Source of the DNA: Felis catus
Lineage: Eukaryota
DNA length: 64,000 nucleotides
Direction: 5' to 3'
NCBI RefSeq assembly: GCF_018350175.1
Contig: NC_058368.1
Location: 197,100,001-197,164,000, forward strand
This document shows positions 46,059 to 59,488 of the stretch, one piece after another; within the stretch, counting starts at the first letter, position 1, and each line of letters starts with the position of its first letter. Both the position numbers and the translations under genes were made by a program. The notes beneath the pieces were generated by a model. The model had not been told where the DNA came from. It did no database searches and saw only the letters and a list, made by a program, of their open reading frames with translations.

Positions 46059-46285
46059 GGGGCACCTGGGTGGCTCAGTCGGTGGAGCGTCCGACTTCGG
46101 CTCAGGTCATGGTCTTGCGGTTCGTGAGTTCGGGCCCCGCGTCGGGCTCTGTGCTAACAAACAGCTCGGAGCCTGGAGCCTCCTTCGGATTCTGTGTGTG
46201 TGTCTCTCTCTCCCCCTCCCCTGCTCATGCTCTGCCTCTCTCTGTCTCTCAAAAATGGATAAATGTTAAAAAAAAATTTTTTTTA
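46059..46285 (+). mobile_element. SINEC_Fc-type SINE
   Basis: TSD aaaagggtataacatt. Confidence 0.94.
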
Positions 46286-49200
46286 AAAAAGGGTATAACA
46301 TTATAGGGAATCCGTTGTGACTTTTTCTTTACTATCATACTGCCGAGATTGACCCGTATTGTTGTCTGTCATTACGTTCATTCATTGTGTTGTGTGATAC
46401 TCGGTTATGGGAATGTTCTCTATGGCCACCACTCTGTGCCTATTATCTCATCTAATCTTTGCCTCAGCCCTATATGGTAGGAGCTCTTCTTAACCCTGTT
46501 TTACCGAGAAGAAACTGAGGCCCAGAGAGGCTAATGAACTTTCTGGAGGTCACAAGGGCCAGGTAGAAATCGTTCTGGCTTCTCACTGTCCACCGTGTTT
46601 TGGTATAGAGGAGAAAACTCAGGACGTAGAGCCGAAAGCCCAGGGCTCAAGCCCCAGCTCCACACTTCCCAGCTGTGTGACCTTGGACAACTGGCTTCAT
46701 GTCTCTGAACCTCAGTTTCCTTAGCATTAAACTCAAGTGATGACAACTGCCCTTCCCTACCTCTCAGGCCTGTTGTGAGACTCAAGTCTGACAGTGTCTT
46801 TGAAAAGTGAGAGCCCTGAAGTTTTGCCAGTCAGCAGACTGTGATCAATCGCATCTATGCCATTTGTTTCCCCTCTTTCCAAACAACAGAGGACCTGCAG
46901 GATTCAAGAGATGTGACTGAACAGCATTCCCACTCAGAAGGCCAAGGATGAGGCTGACATGACAGCCCATAGAAGCCTCCGCCTATGAAAGAACCAGAAA
47001 ATCACCAGGAGCTGCCTCAGGCTGCACTATTTGGAACGCAATACGTATTTACCTTTGTTCTGTTCAATGGTTTTTTTTTTTAAGTTATTTTTTTTTTTTT
47101 TTTACTATTTCTTACCTATTTTCAATATCTGAGGCCCCACCCCAGTGCTCTTTACTCACGACAGTTCTTCTGCCTGGCTTGTTCTCCTCCAAGTGCTACC
47201 AAAGACTAACTGTGTGACCTTGGGCAAGTTACTTAACTTCTCTGTGCGTCCTCATCTGCAAAATGGCGATCGTGATAATACCCACCCCTTACAGGGTTGC
47301 TGTGCGGATCCAGTGGATGGTCATCCAGGGGCTCACAGCCACACCCGCTATATCCCAAGTTGACTTATTGTTATTTAAAATCTCTCCCACTCTCCAGACG
47401 GTGCCCACTCATCTTTTGAGGGTTGGTGCAGCTGCCCCTTCCTCCAAGGGGTCTGTCCTGCTTTCCTGGACAGGTGAGGCCATCCTGTTACACCCTCCAG
47501 AGCAGGTGATGTGTTCAGGACCCTTCTGCATTAAACTGTGAACCGTGAGGGGAGAGACGGGGCCACTGTTGCCCAGTGCCCAGCACAGCAGCAGGTACAC
47601 AGCAGGTGCACTGGGTACACATTAAGTGACAGCTCAGAATTCAGAGAAGGACCAAAGACTAGGGAGAAGGCTTTAAAGCCTGCCTCTGACAACTGTCTCC
47701 AATAGCAGAAGGACTCAAGGGGTGCGGGAGTGGAGCCAACTTGTTCCTTGGGGCACCGGGGGCACTGCGTGGCAGACTTGGACCCGTGGGTGGGGGCTCC
47801 AAGACGACACTATCAGGTTCACTGTGTAGAACTTTTGGAAATCTCAACTAAGAAGAGAGGCCGATGTCCCTTCCAAGAGGGGCTGAGCCCCCCTGGGACA
47901 GCCCTGTGGCAGGAAGGCGGGGAAAGGGCCAGTACAGTGGGGAGGTGGGGAGTCGGGGAGTCGAGGCATTGGGCAAATGGGGTGAGAGATACCTGAGGGC
48001 AAACCTGGGATTTGCCTTCCCTAGCCTAGTGACCCCAGGCAGGTGGTGTCACCTTAGGCTTCTCCTCTGTGACACAGAGATGATGAGAGTGCTCCCCTTA
48101 GAGGTGGTGGTAAGCACAAAGAGAGGTGGTATGTGGAGGGATGAAACTATACCAGCACCCGAGTCCTTCTGTAAAGGTTGGTTATTACTACCGGTGTCGT
48201 TAGCAATCACGGGATGCGAACGTCACCCGGGGCTTAGCCCACCCATTCTAGGTGGGGGGCTAAGGTCGGGCCTACAGTGCCCACCCGGACTGTGGCCCAG
48301 CCTCTCCTCCTCCCTCCCTTCCCCTGCCTGCAGAAGCCTCCCAGTGCCAGCCCTGGATTGGATACCGGGCAGGCGCCCAGGACCCCAGTCCACAGGGAGC
48401 CCAGCCACCCTGGGGCAGGCTCTGGAAGACCCTTGGGGTGATTCCTGCCTCCAGGGCTGGGGCGAAGCTCCAAGGAAATGATGGTAGAAGGTCTTGGGGA
48501 TGGGTGTTGGGCACAGCCCCAAACCAGTCCTAACTGGTCACCGCTTTCCAGTTTCTCCCTTCTGACTGTCTCGCGAGTTCACTGCTGGCTCTACTCATTT
48601 CCCCCAGCCGCCACACTTACATCATCCCCCTTCTGCTCACAACCAGTCAATAGCTCCCCGGGGCCCTGACGCCAGTTTCCTTTGTGACACGGATGATGAT
48701 AGACCTTCACGCGCTTTCATGCCTCCCTGTGGCTTACCCCTAATTCCTCTGTCATTCTGTCCCTTCCCAGGATGGGCAGGCCAGGAGCCAGGAGCCAGAG
48801 GGAAAGCGGTACAGAGGGAACTTGGATTCCATTCGAATTCATTAAGGCGATCATTTACAAACCTGTATTTTAAGTATTCGGGTTTTTTTTTTGTTTTTTT
48901 TTTAATTGAATGCTTCCTATATGCTGAGTGCTTTCCTTGCACGAATCCAATTATCCCCACGGGGAGACAGGTGATTGTTAGCCCCATTTTTGGTTGAAGA
49001 AACTGAGACTCGGATTAAATGGACGAGTAGAGCCAGGATTCAAAGCCCAGGCAACCTGACGCCACAGCCAGGGCTCACCCAGCTCCCATATTATGCTGCC
49101 TCTATTATTAGTTACAAATCTGAGCAACCAGCCTCTCGGGGACTGGGGACTGAGGACTGGGACACACCCCGCTGGGGACCTGGAGGAAAAAGCCCTACTC

Positions 49201-50609
49201 TATCTGAGGACCGAGGCTCCGTTTAACGCCCACCTGCTTCTCTAGGCTATAGGCAAGCCTACCCCATTGCACCCTGAGCACACTTCTGCGCCTTTTTTCT
49301 TTCCACTCTGGCACTGCCTCCCTCCATGCGTCTGAGGTTCCTGGCTAGAAAGTGGTCCACGAGGCCTCTGGTCCTTTACTACATTCTCTGCTGGACAAGG
49401 AGCAGATAGGACCTCACGTCACGGGCACTGGTGACCAAGTCTTACTTTCTCTGCTTTGCTCGGAGACTCTGGGGTGCAAGGACCCTGAGCTCCCCCTCTG
49501 TAACCTGATCGGTCTCTCTGGCTTCTCGGCACACTCCTAGATCATTTTTCTTCTGGATCCAAGTGGAGCTAAAAAAAAACTTCCCCTTGGTTTCATATCA
49601 GCTGCGTCTGCTCTCAGCAAACCCTTCAACAAGAATGGGCAGGAAGAATAAATATTTATTCTACAAATGAATAAATCTGATTCCATCTTCAAAAGAAAGC
49701 TGCAGCATAAATTATCATAATTTCTCCGTTCTAAGAGGGCACTGATTTAAAGACGTTTTATCTGTTGAATAACAGCTTTGGCGGGGGGGGGGGCGGGAAA
49801 CAAACAGAAAAGTAACTAATTGATATATCGACCGTAGGATAGGTTTTGATTTTTTAAAAATGTGTTTCCATATCAATAAATGTTGTTTTTTAAAAATATA
49901 ATCCCATTCAAATTTCACTGTGGTTTTTTTTGGTTCTTGTGTTCTCAGAAAAAAACTCCCAAGCCTTGCTTAACCATTGTGAAGCACGGTGGGTATTAAC
50001 AATGTATCCTGGCCACGTTATGGCCCTGTTTAGCCTTGCGGGCTGCTGGTCGGAGAGGGCATGTCATGGCCACCCCCACACTAATGGCGGCCCCCAAAGC
50101 CAATTGCCATGTTTTCTCCCCAGCAGCGATTATGTCTGTGCTCTGTGACTACCTCACAACCACGTGAGTAGCTCCATGGAAAGCCAACCTGGGGGGTCCA
50201 TCGTATGCCCTTAGGCAAGATGCTGCCCCTTGAACCTCGGTTTCCCTAGCTGTGAAACCAGACACATAGGATTAGATAGGTAATTTTCAAGTGCTTTCCT
50301 AATGGAGTTACGGGAACTGCATAGCTTCCTTGGGATTGGCGGGGGCGGGGGATGGAATGAACTCTGTTCTCATTCCTACCTCAACCTGATCAGCCACATT
50401 GCTTAAGATCTTGTTTGCAAAAGGATTCTGGGACTACAAGTAGTTTGAAACACATGAGTAAATGGCATTCTGGGCCCTTCCAACACTGGTCTTAAATACA
50501 TACTCTTGTATGGTCTAAAGGATAGAGCTTCATTTCTTAGTCTGGACACCCTTAGAATCCTTCTTACCACCGTGCTCCAGGGAGATACTCCCAAACTCTA
50601 TAGTCTAAT

Positions 50610-50830
50610 CCAAGGGTTGGCAAACTTTTTCTATGAAGGACCAAAGAGTTCATATTTTAGACTTTGCAGGCCACATATGGTCTCTGTTACAACTACTCTA
50701 CTCTGGTCCTGTGGTGAGAAAGCTGCCATAGACAATACATAAGGAATGGCTGTGTCTCTGTTCCAATAAAACTTTATGTACAAAAGGAGGCGGCGGGCTG
50801 GGTTCGGTCCACGGGGGAGGTGGGCAGATC
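50610..50830 (+). mobile_element. MER58A-like hAT-Charlie MITE
   Basis: caagggttggcaaactttttct...tattttagactttgcaggcca...gttccaataaaactttat. Confidence 0.78.
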
Positions 50831-52209
50831 CACGCATTATAATACTTCGACCTGACAGGTGGAGAGACGGAAGCCCCTGCAGGGGATTCTGGGAGGCGGG
50901 TTTGCTTGGGATCTCTGTCTCCTGGACAGTGGGCGTGCTCCTACTGATCCATGCTGCTCACTTTTAGCCATGACTCTTTGCCTAATTTGAACTGTGGGCA
51001 TCTGGGGCTACACGTTTGAGGGCGCGGTGCCCGGAAAAGACACGTGCCCCACTTCTCTCTCTCAAGAGATCAGTTTTCCCCAGGTTCTTGGAGGGCTATA
51101 AAAAGCCCCTGAGCCTGCCTCCTGCAGGGCACGCTGTCGATAAATTCCCCGCAGCTGGAATGACTGCAATGTGGTGCCGCCTTCTGCCCCTGCTGCAGCC
51201 TGGCGGCCTGACAGCTGCACCAGGGACAAGAATCACGCCTGGCCAGCTCTGAACCTCCACTCTCACTTGGGGCGAGGCTGGGATTCCCCAAATGGAATTG
51301 TAGATGGACGACAAGGCCTGCCTGGGCCCTCTTGGTTCTTTCCGGGGGCGGGGGGGGTGGGTGGCTGAGAGCTTCTCGAATTCTAAACACCAGAACTCTG
51401 AGGACCACAGTGGGAGGAGAGTAAAGGCTCCGAAATCAAATCTCACGCCAGCTGCCTGGCCATATCACTCATTGGCGGACGGTGTCCCCTTTCTCTCCCC
51501 TGCGTCCCGCCACCCTCTCTGTCTCCACCTTGAAATCTTTACCTCGTGGTTTATCTAGCCAGTCCTTCCTATAACTGACTTGGAGACGACCCTCCGCATT
51601 TGGTGAAAAAAAAAAAAAAAACAACAACAACAGGTGTGGAGGTGGGCGGGGCTGTATAAATATATTGGACCTTTCTTAGCCTCAGTTTCTTCAGCTGTAA
51701 AACAGGGGTACTAAGGGAATAGACACACCACAAAATTCAGTTATCTACTGCAAGTAAATGACAGGAAACGACTTTAAAATGCAACAGAGGGCAAAGTCAC
51801 GATAAATCTTCCCACTGAATTCCCTTGTGGGGGTGGGGGCTCGCAGAAGGTAAGCATCACAAATACACCAAAAATTATCTACGCATGCATACACTGGCAC
51901 GAGCCACATTCCTTCACGGGGAATGTACTTACTGGCCTACTGCAGAGCTAGATCTTGGCATAGACTTTTAATACAAAAGCATAGTCACGGTTTTATAATT
52001 CATATACCTGCCCCAGCTGGGATTTTAGAAGAGGAAAGCCACACACTGTATGCTCTTCACTCATAGCTGGAGGCAGCGGTTTGGGATGGAATTCCTCCCT
52101 CTCCCCCGCAATAAAACAAAGGGCATATTTTATGCACAGGAAGGCTAAAATGCACGGATGTCATGATCGTGTGAGGATTAAAGGATCTCACATAAAAACG
52201 TAGACTGTC

Positions 52210-52680
52210 GGGGCGGCCTGGGTGGCTCAGTCAGTTAAGCATCCCACCACGGCTCAGGTCAGGATCTCTCAGTTCGAGGGTTTGAGCCCCGCATCGGGCT
52301 CTGTGCTGACAGCTCAGAGCCTGGAGCCTGCTTCAGATCCTGTGTCTCCCTCTCAATCTCTCTGCCCCTCTCCTGCTCATACTCTCTATCTCTCAAAAAT
52401 AAATAAACATTTTTTTTTTAATTTTTTTTTTCAACGTTTTTATTTATTTTTGGGACAGAGAGAGACAGAGCATGAACGGGGGAGGGGCAGAGAGAGAGGG
52501 AGACACAGAATCGGAAACAGGCTCCAGGCTCCGAGCCATCAGCCCAGAGCCTGACGCGGGGCTCGAACTCCCAGACCGTGAGATGGTGACCTGGCTGAGG
52601 TCGGACGCTTAACCGACTGTGCCACCCAGGCGCCCCTAAATAAACATTTTTTAAAAAATTTTTTGAAAAAAGAAAGAAAC
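52210..52680. mobile_element. Forward SINE (52210-~52410) with a young reverse SINEC_Fc (~52415-52636) inserted in its A tail
   Basis: Inner TSD taaataaacattttt. Confidence 0.94.
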
Positions 52681-54137
52681 AAATGGAGACTGCCTGACTC
52701 CTGGTGAGCGCTCAGTTGGCTGTTATTATAGAACATCTGCTGTGTGTGAGACACCGGAAACGAGAAGACAAGACGGTCTCGGACCACAGGACTCATATAC
52801 ACATAGGAGAGGCATTTGAGTTATTGTAGTATAATCTTCTAAAAGCCAAGACTGAGGAGGGTGGGGGTAACCCCAAGTCAGAGAGGAGGTAGAAGGCGGA
52901 ATGTGGCAGGGATGTTTTCACAGGTGGGTGAGGCCGAGCTGGTCTCTTTCAGGGAGGGATAATAGCAGGGACACCTCTCCGAAGCTCAGTTTGGGCATCT
53001 GTCCGGTGGGGAGATGTCTCAGCTGTCTGCTTCACAGGGCTTTGGCCAGAGTTGCGAGAAGCCACAGAAGAGACGGATGGTTCAGGGTGCGGTAGGGAAG
53101 GAGAAGCCCCAAGATAAGCATCGGCATCTTTAGAGGTTCGCTGTGCCAAGATTTTGCGGGGGGAGGGGGTAGTGTGTTCAGATATATTGTGGACTGCGAT
53201 AGAAAAATTGCTTGCCTTGTTAAAGATAAAATGAGACATTTCAGAAGACTACTTTGGGCCAAAGATCCAGACCCCGCCATGCCACTCGGCTGAAAAGCGT
53301 GAAAGGCAGTGCCCCCGACAGCAACAGGGAATCCTGGCAGGTGTCTGAGCAAGGTCAAGGGTCATGATAAAAGGTGGGCGCTGCTGATAACCGTGAGCAC
53401 ATCAGACTCACCTGGGAGCTTTGCAAAAAGCACACACACCCAAACCTCACTCCAGACCCACCCATCAGACCTCTGGGGGGGCATATGTTCAGGAGGCTCC
53501 AGAGGAGAGGACTGTGAGTCCAACTGGAGTCAAACAGGCAAATAGAGAGTGGTCCTAAGGGCAGTCTGGAGAAGGTGAGAGAGGAAAGAGGAAGCTCCCA
53601 CAGGATAGAGGAGAGAAGCCATCCAAGAGACATTTTTCAATAATAGTCAACAGGATTTAAGGTCTTATTGGGTGAAGGATGAAAGCAAAGGAAACAGTGG
53701 ATAACGATGAAGTCTATGTTTCTGTATCCCGAAAATGACAGTCACTGAAATGGAGAATCCTGGCGGCCATGTCCAACTTCCACTCTGTGGATTTTGTGTT
53801 TTTTTTCTTTCACTTGTTCATCATCTCCACAGACGTTTTTTTGAGCATCTGCTACATGCCAAGCGTTACACTAGGTGCTAGGGAAAGAGCTGGGAACAAA
53901 GGTAAGGAGGGCCTTCTCCTCACAGGGCTCACATTAACGGCTAATTCAATCCCCCAACCGATTATAATTGTGAGAATAGCAACGAATGCGAAAGAAGTGC
54001 AGGGTGCCAGGGGCACCTACAGAAGGGAGATGTGGCTTGGGGGGATTGGGATAGGCTGCCTTGAGGAAGTAATATTTGAGCATACTGCAAAGGATGCACA
54101 CGATGAGCCAGGTGGAGGTTCAAATCTATAGTTAAAA

Positions 54138-54582
54138 TTTTTTTTTTTTACATTTTATTTATTTGTGATAGAGAGAGACAGAGCACAAGTGGGGGAGGGG
54201 CAGAGAGAGAAGGAGACAACAGAATCGGAAGCAGGCTCCAGGCTCTGAGCTGTCACCACAGAGCCTGATGCGGGGCTCGAGCTCATAAACCATGAGATCA
54301 TGTCCTGAACCGAAGTCAGATGCTTAACCGACTGGGGCACCCAGGTGCCTCTTAACATTCGTTTATTTTTGAGAAACAGAGACAGAGTGTGAACAGGGGA
54401 GAGGCGGAGAGAGAGGGAGACACAGAATCGGAAGCAGGCTCCAGGCTCTGAGCCGTCAGCACAGAGCCCGATGTGGGGCTTGAACCCACAAATGGTGAGA
54501 TCATGTTCAGGAGACAATAGAGTCACCCATTCTAACTGAGCCAAAGTCAGACACTTAACCAACTGAGTCACCCAGGCGCCCT
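54138..54582 (-). mobile_element. Two tandem reverse SINEs (~54138-54350 and ~54355-54582)
   Basis: Two bodies ending ccaggtgcc / ccaggcgccc; the second carries a foreign insert (see findings). Confidence 0.9.
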
Positions 54583-56712
54583 TAGTGACAGTTGTTCTTA
54601 ACCTATATGCTACGGTGGTCCCCATAGGAGCCATTCTGTGGTTCCCTGATCTGTGGCCATTCAACCTCTGCTTCATTATGTCCCTGGGCATCTCCAATTC
54701 TAGTACTGAATAGTTCTTTTCATTTGGATGCTTCTCCTAGATCAAGCCTAAATCAGCCTCTGTGTAGTTCTCTTGTACAGCCTTCTGGAGAGTCTATTAT
54801 CTGTTCTACAGGACTGATCCCATGTCCCCCTTTCAAATTTAGTCTCGTTCACAAACAGCCCCATTTCCTTCAATAGCTCCTCACGTGGCTGTGTTGTTAG
54901 CAGAAAAAGAGAAACAGGAAGGGTGATCTGATTCAAATAAGAGGAGTTCAGAATTGGGTCACTCGGAGTTTGAGTTGACCTCCGAATGGAAATGCGCCAC
55001 AGGCAGGAGGTAAGGCAGGAATGGAGCCCATCTCATGGCTGAAGATAGACACTGAGAGTCCCCCTCAGAGCGGCTTGGTTCCCTACAGAAGGAGTGTAGA
55101 GAGAGGGCTGAGGTGGTGGGGAGGGAGGGGCAAGAGACACGAAACAAGAAAAAAGCAAGCGATCCAGAGGGGAAGGTGGAAAATGACAATCAGGAGGCAC
55201 CTACCACGGGCCAGGCACTGGGCGCTGGGCAGATATTACCACGGTCCCGTTTCCCAACTCTGGATGCCCTTCCTCCTGCTTTACAGACTGCGGGGACCAG
55301 ACTTAGCCGGGCAACTTGCCTTGGGGCGGGAGAAGCTCTGATAACAGTGGGACTGGGGGGCAGGAGGGGAGGAGGGAAAGACTTCTGGGAGGGATGGGGC
55401 AGTGGTTATTTAACCTAGACTTATTCGATCCCCAAATCCACGCTTTCCCCATCTCCGCCAAGTAGCAGAATACAGTTAGAGGAGTGGAGGGTCCATAGCG
55501 GTACAGAGAAATCCAGGAGATGGGGCTTGGGAGAGGTGACGCATGAGACAAAATGGAACCATTTGTGACCCCGAAGAACAGGCTTTCTGCAGAAGGTGTG
55601 ACTGGAAGGGAGAATGCAGGAAGGAGTGTGGGGGAAGGAGCAGGAGGCTGACGTACGGACTGTGTACTTGAGAAGTCTGGCCAGAAAAGGAAGGAGGAAA
55701 ATGCCTGGGGGGGAGAGAGAGAGAGAGAGAACGTGCGCGGGGACTTTACTTTTTTATCCAGTTGCGTGTTTCTTTTAGAAGGGTAAGAAAGGTATGAGAA
55801 CCTGATGGTATCCAAACACAGGATTGTTTTTTCCCAACCAAAGATCAGAATGGAGTAATGATAGGCTTCTGGCAGGGGTTGGGGAGGGAGGAACTTAACT
55901 TGGCAGGGTTCTCACCCACGTGAGAAGTGGGGTTTGAAACTGATATTTGAGGGAGAGGCAGAAGAAGACCTCGGCAAAAATGGGAGACGCCAAAAGCCAT
56001 GGAGGCTGAGCGGGATAAGAAAGTGGAAGCAGTGACCAGGGACAGCAGAAGAAGCCTCAATGGGGAAGAGAGTAAGTTCAAATCTCATGGCCCCATATGG
56101 CCACATACGGCCGTTACAGAGAGTGGCTGAAATCCAAGTAGTTGTGTATGATAAATACAAACAGCTAGCACTACTGACGATTTCCTAAGAGCTAGCTTTC
56201 CCGTATTACCTTTCCCCATGACGCTGCGAATGAAATAAAACTGAAGTTCAGAGAAATTAATTGATCCAATTCATACAAGATCATATAGCCAGAAAGTTCC
56301 AGTCAAAACTCAAACCCACATTTATCCATTCTCTGAACCATTCCGGTTTACTGAGTCTCTAGGCTGACCAGGGCGATGTCCACAAACATATATTTGGATG
56401 GAAAATACGAATATGCTTGAGTATTTCTTCCAGAAGGGCAGTAATGGATAGAAGGAGTCAAGAATGAACTTGGATGTTGGGGAAGAGGTATGTCCGCATG
56501 GGAATTCATGGCCTTGGTGATGGAGGTTGTGTGACGAGCCAATAGGAGGAGCTACAGGTTGCTTGGCCCCTGGAAGCTGTGGATAGGGAAGATGGGGCTT
56601 CCCTCACATGGCTCTCAAAGCTGGTCCAACAGAGGTGCAATAGTTAGAATGGGTTCCTCTATCGTCTCCTGAACAACAACAATCTCATTTAATGAAAAGC
56701 AGAGTTTCAGAT

Positions 56713-56936
56713 TCTTTCTTTTTTTTTTTTTCAACGTTTTTATTTATTTTTGGGACAGAGAGAGACAGAGCATGAACGGGGGAGGGGCAGAGAGAGAGGG
56801 AGACACAGAATCGGAAACAGGCTCCAGGCTCCGAGCCATCAGCCCAGAGCCTGACGCGGGGCTCGAACTCACAGACCGCGAGATCGTGACCTGGCTGAAG
56901 TCGGACGCTTAACCGACTGCGCCACCCAGGCGCCCC
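56713..56936 (-). mobile_element. Young SINEC_Fc
   Basis: Full body; flanks tcagatt. Confidence 0.95.
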
Positions 56937-58116
56937 TCAGATTATTTCTTGAGTTGGCCGGCAGATGAGATGGTCTCCCAAGGAATACAGGCTGCAAACG
57001 AAACTCCCATCTTGGGTTGAATTCAACTAGTTGAAGAAGCCCGAGTGGTGAAGTAGAAAGGAAAGTAATCTTGGGGAAATCGGCTGCTTCACACGAGGTG
57101 GGCAGATCAGACAGAACCTTGGACATTAAGAAGGCATATTACAAAATCAGGAAAAATGTAGACCCAAGGCTTTAAGGGGAGGATGGCTTGCGAAGACTAG
57201 AGGGTTCGCAGAAGCAAAACTGTGAAGACACAACCAGTCAGTAGGCATGAGTAAACAGGATAAATAAGAGAAAATGGACAGGTTGGCATACGTATCAGTA
57301 TTTTCTCAGCCACTCAGAGAGGTCAGTTGGACAGCGGTCCGGTTAGCAAGGGTCAGAGATGGATTTGCAAGAGACACGCTCCACAAAGGAGCTCCAGAAT
57401 ACAGAGAAGATTATGACACGGACCCTGTCTGGGAGTTGTACGCGAAGCTGTCTAGCTCAGTCCTTAAAACAGAGCAGGGACTCAAGAGCTGTCATCAGAG
57501 TCAGCCCAGCTAGGGGGAGGGCCAAGTGAAACTTTATAAAGCGATTTTATTATGTGGAGTCTGGTGAGAAAAGACAGTAATCACAATAGTTTTGGTTGAG
57601 TGGGTCCCACATGCGAGGCCTTGTTTGAAGAACCTTCCATGCAATTAATATTTACAACGACTCCAAGAAATAGGTATTATCAGTCTCCGTATTTTTTAAT
57701 CCTCATATGAAGATAAGTTAATTTGTCTTGTAGAAGGTGGTATTTACGGCCATTAGTCTGTTATTCTCTTCGTACGATATTCATGAACTGGGAAATCCTA
57801 CCGAAAGGGATTTCATTATAGTCTGAGTGGTTTCTCGGTCTGTTCTGGCATCGTATAAATCTTGCTTTACTCATGGGAAGACACACAGCCTGTCTGAAGA
57901 GAAATCCTAATTCCCAGGTTTGTTTTCATTCCTGAGTTGGTTGACTTTGGTGCTGAGCTTTGGTGCAGTAATTGCTGGTGAAGATATGAACAGCACAGCT
58001 GAGGTGTGAAGGGGCAGGAGGATATGGCGTCCAAGCCTTGCTCTAGGGCTTGGGCAGGTCACCTGCCACAGCAGAGGTAGTCAGGAGTAAGCCTAAGATC
58101 AAGACGTTGGTTCACT

Positions 58117-58335
58117 GGGGCACCTGGTGGCTCAGTGAGTTAAGCGTCTGACTTTGGCTCAGGTCATGATCTCGTAGTTCACAAGTTCGAGCCCTGCATT
58201 GGGCTGTGTGCTGACGGCTCAGAGCCTGGAGCCTGCTTGGGATTCTGTGTCTTCCTCTCTCTGCCCCTTCCCCGCTCATGCGCTCACTCTCTCTCTCTCA
58301 AAAATAAATAAAATATTTAAAAAATTAAAAATAAA
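58117..58335 (+). mobile_element. Carnivore SINE
   Basis: TSD aagatca(a/g)gac(g/t)ttggttca. Confidence 0.92.
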
Positions 58336-58415
58336 AAGATCAGGACTTTGGTTCAAACCCAGCTCCGTTCCCCACGCAGCAAGTGACCGCAAGTTAACGT
58401 CAGTGACCCAATCTT

Positions 58416-58812
58416 GCTCCTCTGGACTGGACTGTACCCCCCTGAAATTCATGGGCTGAAGCCCTAACCCTCCAGTGTGACTGTATTTGAAGACAGGGCC
58501 TTTAGGGAGGTATTTAAGGTTAAATGAGGTCATAAGCGTTGGGCCTTCAATCTCACAGGGCTGATGTCCTTATAAGAACAGGAAGAGACACCAGAGAGCT
58601 CTCTCTCTCCACATGTGCACAGAGAAGAGGCCACGTGAGGACACAGCAAGAAGGTGGACATCCACAAACCTGTGAGAAAGGCCGCACAGGAACCGGCCTG
58701 AGCGGCACCTTGATGTTGGACTTCCAACCTCCCAAACAGTGAGAAAATACATTTGGTGTTTAAGCCATCTGGTCTATGATATTTTGTCATGGCGACCCTA
58801 GCAAACTAATAC
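58416..58812 (+). mobile_element. MLT1B-like MaLR solo LTR
   Basis: gtgactgtatttgaagacagggccttta...aggttaaatgaggtcata...gtccttataaga...caccttgatgttggacttcc...ctaataca. Confidence 0.85.
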
Positions 58813-59265
58813 ACCTGCCCAGCCTGCTTTCCGACGATGAGTTCAGTTACTGTCGTTATCAATACTGAAGGGTAGTTTCCTCCCCAGTATCTTGGGCATG
58901 ACATCCAACTCCCCACGTGGCAGGTGTGGGGTTGAAATGAGACCTATGCTTCTTAAACCTTCCCTGATAACAGAAGCGAGGGCACACACCCACCTGGGGA
59001 CAGGGGCACAACAAGAAAGTTCTGCAGGAATGACTTTTGAAGTCTCATGTTTTCATTTGGAAATGCACACAGGTTTCACATTCTAGTTCATACACAGTTT
59101 GCTTTAATTCATATAATGTTCATAATAACTTAGCAGGGTAGACAACTTGGGATCTAGTGGTCTTTCGTGCCCCGGCCACATGACCACCTTACTCACAGTT
59201 GGAGAAGGCCTTTACAAGTCACAGGAACTGTTCTGTTGTGTATTCTTTTTAAAAAATCGACCTCA

Positions 59266-59488
59266 GGGGCACCTGGGTGGCTCAGTCGGTTAAGCGTCCG
59301 ACCTCAGCTCGGGTCACGATCTCGCGGTCCGTGAGTTCGAGCCCCGCGTCGGGCTCTGGGCTGATGGCTCAGAGCCTGGAGCCTGCTTCCGATTCTGTGT
59401 CTCCCTCTCTCTCTGCCCCTCCCCCATTCATGCTCTGTCTCTCTCTGTCTCAAAAATAAATAAAACGTTAAAAAAAAAATTTAAAAAA
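59266..59488 (+). mobile_element. SINEC_Fc
   Basis: TSD aaaaaatcgacc. Confidence 0.95.
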
